Origin: Candidatus Latescibacterota bacterium
GTDB lineage: Bacteria; Latescibacterota; UBA2968
Assembly (NCBI GenBank): GCA_965204375.1
Contig: OZ241986.1
Span: 5,024,001 to 5,088,000 of the forward strand
DNA length: 64,000 nucleotides
Direction: 5' to 3'
Of the stretch, positions 58,907 to 64,000 are shown one piece after another. Positions within the stretch are counted from its first letter, which is position 1, and each line of letters opens with the position of its first letter. The notes below the pieces were generated by a model. It was not told where the DNA came from, made no database searches, and saw only the letters and a program-made list of their open reading frames with translations. Position numbers and translations under genes: made by a program.

Positions 58907-59578
58907 ATGCCTCTTTTCTTTACACAAACCCTCGCCATTCTTCAAAAAGATCTCAAAACCGAATGGCGCACCAGAGAACGCCTCAGCGCCATGGCCTTTT
59001 TCGCCTTTCTGGTCGTCATCATCTTCAATTTTATATATGAACCCGGATCGCCAATCATAAAAACCGTCGCCCCCGGCATCTTCTGGATCGCCACAGCTTT
59101 TGCAGGGCTACTGGGCCTCAGCCGGTCTTATGCCATCGAACAACAAAACGACTGCCTGATGGGATTGCGCCTCACACCCGTGGATCCGGGTGCGATCTTT
59201 TTGGGCAAAATGCTGGGCAACACCCTCACCATGCTCATACTCCAGGCACTCATCTTGCCCATCATCGTCATCTTTCTCAACCTGGAAATCGCACAGGAAT
59301 TCCCGCGTCTAATCCTGCCCATCTTGCTGGGCACCCTCGGTCTTGCGGCCATTGGCACCCTCTTCTCAGCCATGTCGCTCAACACCCGATTGCGAGAAGC
59401 CTTCTTACCCCTGCTCACACTGCCCATTTTCATCCCGGCACTTCTCGCAGCCATTGAATCCTTTCGCGCTGTTCTCGAAGGCAGTGAAATCACAGACTGG
59501 CTCGTACTCAGCGGTGCTTTCGTCGCGCTCTACATCGCTGCATGCCTGCTCTTATTTGAATATGTTCTGGAGGATTGA
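58907..59578 (+). CDS. ccmB: Heme exporter protein B
   Basis: KDLKTEWR, PGIFWIA..FAG, IFLGK, LPLLTLP. Confidence 0.9.
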   Translation: MPLFFTQTLAILQKDLKTEWRTRERLSAMAFFAFLVVIIFNFIYEPGSPIIKTVAPGIFWIATAFAGLLGLSRSYAIEQQNDCLMGLRLTPVDPGAIFLGKMLGNTLTMLILQALILPIIVIFLNLEIAQEFPRLILPILLGTLGLAAIGTLFSAMSLNTRLREAFLPLLTLPIFIPALLAAIESFRAVLEGSEITDWLVLSGAFVALYIAACLLLFEYVLED

Positions 59579-59580
59579 AC

Positions 59581-60258
59581 ATGCCCCAACGTCCCTACAT
59601 CCTTCCCTTTGTCTTCGGTATTCTCGCGCTCATCTGCTTGGGCATTGCGCCCTACCTGGTGTTCATGTACGCCGGAATAGAAAAAGAAATGGGACTGGCA
59701 CAAAAAATTTTCTACTACCACGTTCCATCTGCTTTCTCAATGTTCCTGGGCAGCTTTCTCTGCTTTGTCTTTAGCGTCTTCTATCTTTGGAAACGCGACA
59801 AAAACTGTGACCTGTGGGCAGCGTGTTCAGCCGAAGTGAGCTTGCTCTTTGGCACCCTGGTCTTAATCACAGGTGCGATCTGGGCAAAACCCATCTGGGG
59901 CGCGTGGTGGGTCTGGGATGCACAACTCACCCTCACCCTCATACTCTGGCTCATTCTCGCGGCGTATCACATGTTGCGCACCTACATCGAAGATCCGGTT
60001 CAAAGCGCACGCTTTCGCGCAGTACTCGGCATAATCGGCTTCCTCAACGTACCCTTCATCCACTACGCCACCAAACTGTGGCGCACGCATCACCCGGAAG
60101 TGGTTCGCGGCGAAGAAATCAGCCTGCCGCCCGACATGAAAATCGCTTTTTTCTTTTGCGTCATCACCTTCTTCGCGCTCTTTTTCGCCCTGCTCTTCAA
60201 ACGCGTATCACTCGCAAAAGCACGGGACGAACTCGAATCGCTCAAAGCTGAAATATAA
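59581..60258 (+). CDS. ccmC: Heme exporter protein C
   Basis: IFYYHVP, WAKPIWGAWWVWDAQLT, WRTHHP. Confidence 0.93.
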   Translation: MPQRPYILPFVFGILALICLGIAPYLVFMYAGIEKEMGLAQKIFYYHVPSAFSMFLGSFLCFVFSVFYLWKRDKNCDLWAACSAEVSLLFGTLVLITGAIWAKPIWGAWWVWDAQLTLTLILWLILAAYHMLRTYIEDPVQSARFRAVLGIIGFLNVPFIHYATKLWRTHHPEVVRGEEISLPPDMKIAFFFCVITFFALFFALLFKRVSLAKARDELESLKAEI

Positions 60259-60277
60259 CTTTTTTTCGGAGGCACTT

Positions 60278-60427
60278 ATGCAACACCTCGAATACATGAC
60301 CGCGGCGTACATCATCATATGGGTCGCCATCCTGCTCTACTTCTTGAGCCTGTCCAAACGCGAAAAAGCGATATGGGAAGAACTGCGTGAACTACGCGCC
60401 ACCATCACCAAAAACAACACCCCATAG
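60278..60427 (+). CDS. ccmD: Heme exporter protein D (49 aa; not in the ORF track)
   Basis: GGAGG RBS; MQHLEYMTAAYIIIWVAILLYFLSL then a charged tail, directly after ccmC. Confidence 0.8.
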   Translation: MQHLEYMTAAYIIIWVAILLYFLSLSKREKAIWEELRELRATITKNNTP

Positions 60428-60430
60428 CCC

Positions 60431-61201
60431 ATGGCCATCAAAAACGCAAAAAAAATCCTGAACCTGAAACGCCGCAAAATGCGTCAGGCAGAACAAAAAT
60501 ACCTCATAGAAGGCATTCGCCTCTGCGAAGAAGCACTCAAAAGCAGCGACACCCTCGAACAACTCATCTTCTGCCGGGAAAGCATCGCCCGCAACACGCG
60601 CCTCGAGACCCTCTATCAGACGGCTCTCGCACAGCGCATCCCCATCCAGCAAACCGACTGGCGCGCCTTCAAACACATGTCAGACACGGACACACCGCAA
60701 GGCGTACTCGGCGTGGTATCAATGCCGACCTATGATCCTAAAACCGTCCTCAATACCAATGGTCCATTCCTCATCCTCGACCGCGTCTCCGACCCCGGCA
60801 ACTTGGGCGTCATCATGCGAACAGCCGAAGCCGCCGGATGCAAAAGCATCTTTCTCACCCGCGGATCCGTCGAAGTCTATAACCCCAAAGTCGTACGCGC
60901 CACTATGGGCGCCATCTTTCGCCTCCCCGTCTTCCCCCTCCAGGACGGACCCGCCCTGTTACACCAGCTTCGCCAGCGCAACATCCAGATCATCGCAGCA
61001 CACACCAGCGGCACATCCTTCCACAATCTCCAAACTCAAAACCCCGCTGCCCTCCTCCTCGGCAACGAAGCCTTCGGCATCGACCCCGCCCTCCTCGCCC
61101 TATCCGATCACACCGTCACCATCCCCATGGCCGCCCCAGTCGAATCCCTCAACATCGCAGTCGCAAGCGGCATCCTCCTCTATCAAATTAATCGCACATA
61201 A
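60431..61201 (+). CDS. TrmH/SpoU family RNA 2'-O-methyltransferase
   Basis: DPGNLG.IMRTA, LGNEAFG, ESLNIAVA. Confidence 0.93.
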   Translation: MAIKNAKKILNLKRRKMRQAEQKYLIEGIRLCEEALKSSDTLEQLIFCRESIARNTRLETLYQTALAQRIPIQQTDWRAFKHMSDTDTPQGVLGVVSMPTYDPKTVLNTNGPFLILDRVSDPGNLGVIMRTAEAAGCKSIFLTRGSVEVYNPKVVRATMGAIFRLPVFPLQDGPALLHQLRQRNIQIIAAHTSGTSFHNLQTQNPAALLLGNEAFGIDPALLALSDHTVTIPMAAPVESLNIAVASGILLYQINRT

Positions 61202-61236
61202 AAAAACCCACCCGCCATCCTCGCGAGTGGGTTTCT
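61200..61236. terminator. Bidirectional terminator
   Basis: AAAAAAACCCAC...GTGGGTTT between convergent genes. Confidence 0.6.
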
Positions 61237-61254
61237 GTCGTAATCATCATCCCA

Positions 61255-62292
61255 TCAATCAAATTCTGAAAGCTTGACCGTGCGCCCCTCCGACGCCGAA
61301 AGATCCGCGGCAAAATTGACGCGGTGGGTCTCAAAAGCAATATCAAAATTCGTACGCTCCATCGGCTCATTCGCATTGATACCATCTACAAAAGCCTGGA
61401 ACTGCGGCTCATAAGGGTGATCTGCCACATCGCCAGAGTCAATCAACGAGGTCTCGAGCGTACTCCACCTCTCTTTGCTCATGCCGTGCAACTTGTGCGA
61501 ATAGATCCGATTGTCCAGCAAGCTACCTTCGGAACCCACGAGATGAATATGAAAATAATAGGGCTGTAAGCAATCGACACACGAAGTGACCTTCGCCGCA
61601 TTGCCATTGGCAAATTTGAGAATAGAAACCGTGGTCGTATCGTATTCATAAGGTTCAAAAATATCGGACCTCGATCTCGTCGCGAGACTGGTCACTTCCT
61701 CCACATCGCCATCCATAAAGAACAGACATGCATCCAGAGCGTGACACCCTGCGGTGAGCAAACTCGATCCGGCAAAATCCTTCTTCACATTCCATTCAAA
61801 TTGACCGTACCAGGGACCAATGCCATGGTAGTAATCAACCTCGCCATAGTGCAACTCGCCGAGCAACCCCTCGTCAATAATCGAGCGAATCATAGAAAAA
61901 TGCGCGCTAAAGCGACACTCAAAACAAACACAGGATTGCACACCGGCTGCTACAATCGCATCGCGCACCCGTTTGAGGTCCTCATAAGACAGACAAATAG
62001 GTTTTTCGATCAGCAGGTGTTTGCCCGCCTCGGCAGCCGCAACCGCCTGATCCGCGTGAAATTTGTGTGGCGTGCAAATATCGATAATATGAATATCGGG
62101 ATCTGCGATCATATCATCGTAATTTTTATACGCCTTCAAAGGCGTGCCGTATTCTGCTGCGAGATCGTCTTCGTTGTGATCCCGGCGAGAACATATCGCC
62201 GTGACATTTGCACCATTGACCGCCTTAAACGTATCAATATGCGCCCCAGCTACCCAGCCAAGTCCAACAATGCCGACATTGAGATCGCTCAT
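61255..62292 (-). CDS. Gfo/Idh/MocA oxidoreductase
   Basis: [29 protein letters not shown]. Confidence 0.92.
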   Translation of the reverse strand: MSDLNVGIVGLGWVAGAHIDTFKAVNGANVTAICSRRDHNEDDLAAEYGTPLKAYKNYDDMIADPDIHIIDICTPHKFHADQAVAAAEAGKHLLIEKPICLSYEDLKRVRDAIVAAGVQSCVCFECRFSAHFSMIRSIIDEGLLGELHYGEVDYYHGIGPWYGQFEWNVKKDFAGSSLLTAGCHALDACLFFMDGDVEEVTSLATRSRSDIFEPYEYDTTTVSILKFANGNAAKVTSCVDCLQPYYFHIHLVGSEGSLLDNRIYSHKLHGMSKERWSTLETSLIDSGDVADHPYEPQFQAFVDGINANEPMERTNFDIAFETHRVNFAADLSASEGRTVKLSEFD

Positions 62293-62314
62293 GAAAGCCT
62301 CCGTGATTAAATCG

Positions 62315-62500
62315 CTAAAAGGGTTTGGGAATGGGTTTACCCAATTCGCTATAGGCTTGTATCATTTCGTTAAGAGCATCTTGTAGTAGTTCTGTGCATT
62401 CTTGTATTGTCGCCCCTTCCGTCACTACTTCTGGCCAATCCAACAATTGCCCCATGTAACCCGACGGAATTGGCGTATAGCAAGCGTTGTATTGTTTCAT
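62315..62500 (-). CDS. HicB-family antitoxin (orphan, possibly truncated)
   Basis: [22 protein letters not shown]...L.DAL.EM. Confidence 0.75.
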   Translation of the reverse strand: MKQYNACYTPIPSGYMGQLLDWPEVVTEGATIQECTELLQDALNEMIQAYSELGKPIPKPF

Positions 62501-62565
62501 TTCAATCACCTGATTTGAGCCGGAGCTTTTCTTGCCCCGGCTCATTTATTTTCAGCATCCCCAAT

Positions 62566-62805
62566 TTAAGAAACGCGACTTTGAATATGCGGTTGAATTT
62601 CCTCGTATTCTGGAAAGCGTTTCTCCTTAAGTTTGGAGAACACCAGTTCCCCATCAACCGTAACCTCAAAGCGACCACCGCTGGACGGAATCAGGGTAAT
62701 AGCTTCGATATCCTGCTTAAACGCATTGACAATTTGATCCGTCATCCCGACGGATTGTGGTTCATAGCCTCAAGATGCACAATATTCAATTTCTACCCGG
62801 GCCAT
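62566..62805 (-). CDS. Rdx-family (SelW/SelT/SelH-like) selenoprotein, Sec at codon 12
   Basis: AAGGAGG RBS; MARVEIEYCAS-TGA-GYEPQ...SSGGRFEVTVDGELVFSK..RFP. Confidence 0.9.
62737..62755 (-). promoter_or_regulatory. Bacterial SECIS-like hairpin
   Basis: ATCCGTC-GGGAT-GACGGAT, 14 nt after the in-frame UGA. Confidence 0.75.
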
Positions 62806-62894
62806 GTGACGCCTCCTTTTGAAAAGAGTGAAAAAAGAGTGAGCGACCTTGTGAAAGAGGCTCTTCGACATATCATGCCTCCTATTATAACCAA

Positions 62895-63653
62895 TTAAAA
62901 AACCGCTTGCCTAAAAAATACACCCGTGCGTTTCGGCAAAAAAGACGCGAGATCTTCGAGATCGAGATCCACATCCAATTCTCTCGCCGCATGGCGTATG
63001 TTATCCCAGCAATCCGCACAGTCATCCCCGGCGAGCATCTCATCAACCTGCCTCGAAAATTCCCTCGCCTCTCCGCGATCCACAGGGAAAGGATAATCAG
63101 CCGTGCGGAAAAAGTCACCAACAAAATCATAGTGCCGCCGACGTTCTTGAGAAAAATTCGCATCCTCGCGATGTACAGAAAGCCATTCCGCCGCCCGGAT
63201 GAGATGATATCCAAAATACGCCATCGCCGGATTGGAAATTCGCGCTTTATTGTGCCTGGTACTCTCCACATGCACACTGCGAATAACCGGACCGGGCCAA
63301 TAAATATCTTTGCGATACCGCTCCGTGCGGCGGTCATAGCCAAAGCCATCGAGTACAAAACCACTCGTCGAGCGAATCGTCAGTGCCAAACGCTTTTGCG
63401 AAAACCGATCGGGCTGCCGCATCAGGGCTTCACGCGTAAAATTGGGAATGCCAAACAGCGCGCTATACGCATAACAGAACACGACATAAGCATGTGACAC
63501 GGGCAACCAGAACAAATCGCCGAGCCGCCGGGACAGGGCATCGAATTTCTCATCCAGAAAAAACCGCCCGTCGGACAGCGCACCAGCCACACACACGGGT
63601 TCTGTTGAAAACGCATCGACAAGGCTCTGGATATCAGCGCGTTTATTACTCAT
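62895..63653 (-). CDS. Hypothetical protein (possibly MpaB/DUF2236 oxygenase-like)
   Basis: 252-aa ORF with host-like codon usage; H...ISN.AMAY weak similarity. Confidence 0.55.
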   Translation of the reverse strand: MSNKRADIQSLVDAFSTEPVCVAGALSDGRFFLDEKFDALSRRLGDLFWLPVSHAYVVFCYAYSALFGIPNFTREALMRQPDRFSQKRLALTIRSTSGFVLDGFGYDRRTERYRKDIYWPGPVIRSVHVESTRHNKARISNPAMAYFGYHLIRAAEWLSVHREDANFSQERRRHYDFVGDFFRTADYPFPVDRGEAREFSRQVDEMLAGDDCADCWDNIRHAARELDVDLDLEDLASFLPKRTGVFFRQAVF

Positions 63654-63667
63654 ACATCATTTTCCGA

Positions 63668-64000
63668 TCATAATCGTTCATAAATCACTCTGCCCTCTCG
63701 CAAACTCCGCGCAATAATGTGATTGATGGAATTTCGCCAGGTATCGACCTCATTCTGACTGTAAACCAGAATATCTTTGGGAACGCGATAGGACGAAAGC
63801 GAACGTCTGATCCGTTTGATCTCTTTGTAACGGCTTCGTTGTGGACCAAATGGCTGTTCTTCTACGACAAGCAAATCCACATCTGAATCTGGTTTCGCAT
63901 TTCCTTTGGCTTGAGACCCAAAAAGAATAATCTGCACGGGATCGACCTCATCCACAATGGCCTTGACCATTTCCGCAATCATATTTTCTGTAGCGACTGC
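63668..64000 (-). CDS. Minimal nucleotidyltransferase (MNT antitoxin), 5' end probably outside window
   Basis: IILFGSQAKG....DSDVDLLVV, EGRVIYE. Confidence 0.88.
   Translation of the reverse strand, partial: AVATENMIAEMVKAIVDEVDPVQIILFGSQAKGNAKPDSDVDLLVVEEQPFGPQRSRYKEIKRIRRSLSSYRVPKDILVYSQNEVDTWRNSINHIIARSLREGRVIYERL

Noticed and set aside
62407-62898. Plus-strand 163-aa ORF
   Set aside because: Antisense to the selenoprotein and HicB genes

Overview
Bacterial chromosomal window. Gene content suggests an FCB-group organism such as a Latescibacterota/Gemmatimonadota-type sponge symbiont; this is inference only. The housekeeping backbone comprises csp, gltX with tRNA-Gln(CTG), tRNA-Ser(GCT) and tRNA-Ser(TGA), nnr, a split carB, pyrK, an ECF sigma/anti-sigma operon, two sulfatases, uxuA, a Cys-type ccm cytochrome c maturation cluster and trmH. 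Accessory defence/toxin-antitoxin cassettes interrupt it repeatedly. The top candidate for a new system is an intact NYN (PIN-fold) RNase gene preceded by a promoter and a ~70-nt two-hairpin RNA ending in a terminator, a type III TA-like layout. A near-identical orphan copy of that RNA lies 20 kb away, under its own promoter and behind a second two-hairpin unit. Other observations: an Rpn gene with an intragenic RBS+ATG and a stand-alone copy of that small C-terminal module; an Rdx/SelW selenoprotein (CxxU plus SECIS hairpin) missed by the ORF track; a tRNA-Gln islet carrying a type IIG-like RM gene; a family of heptamer-armed palindromic elements; and a terminator-flanked two-gene insert. All calls come from reading motifs by eye; no database searches were run.
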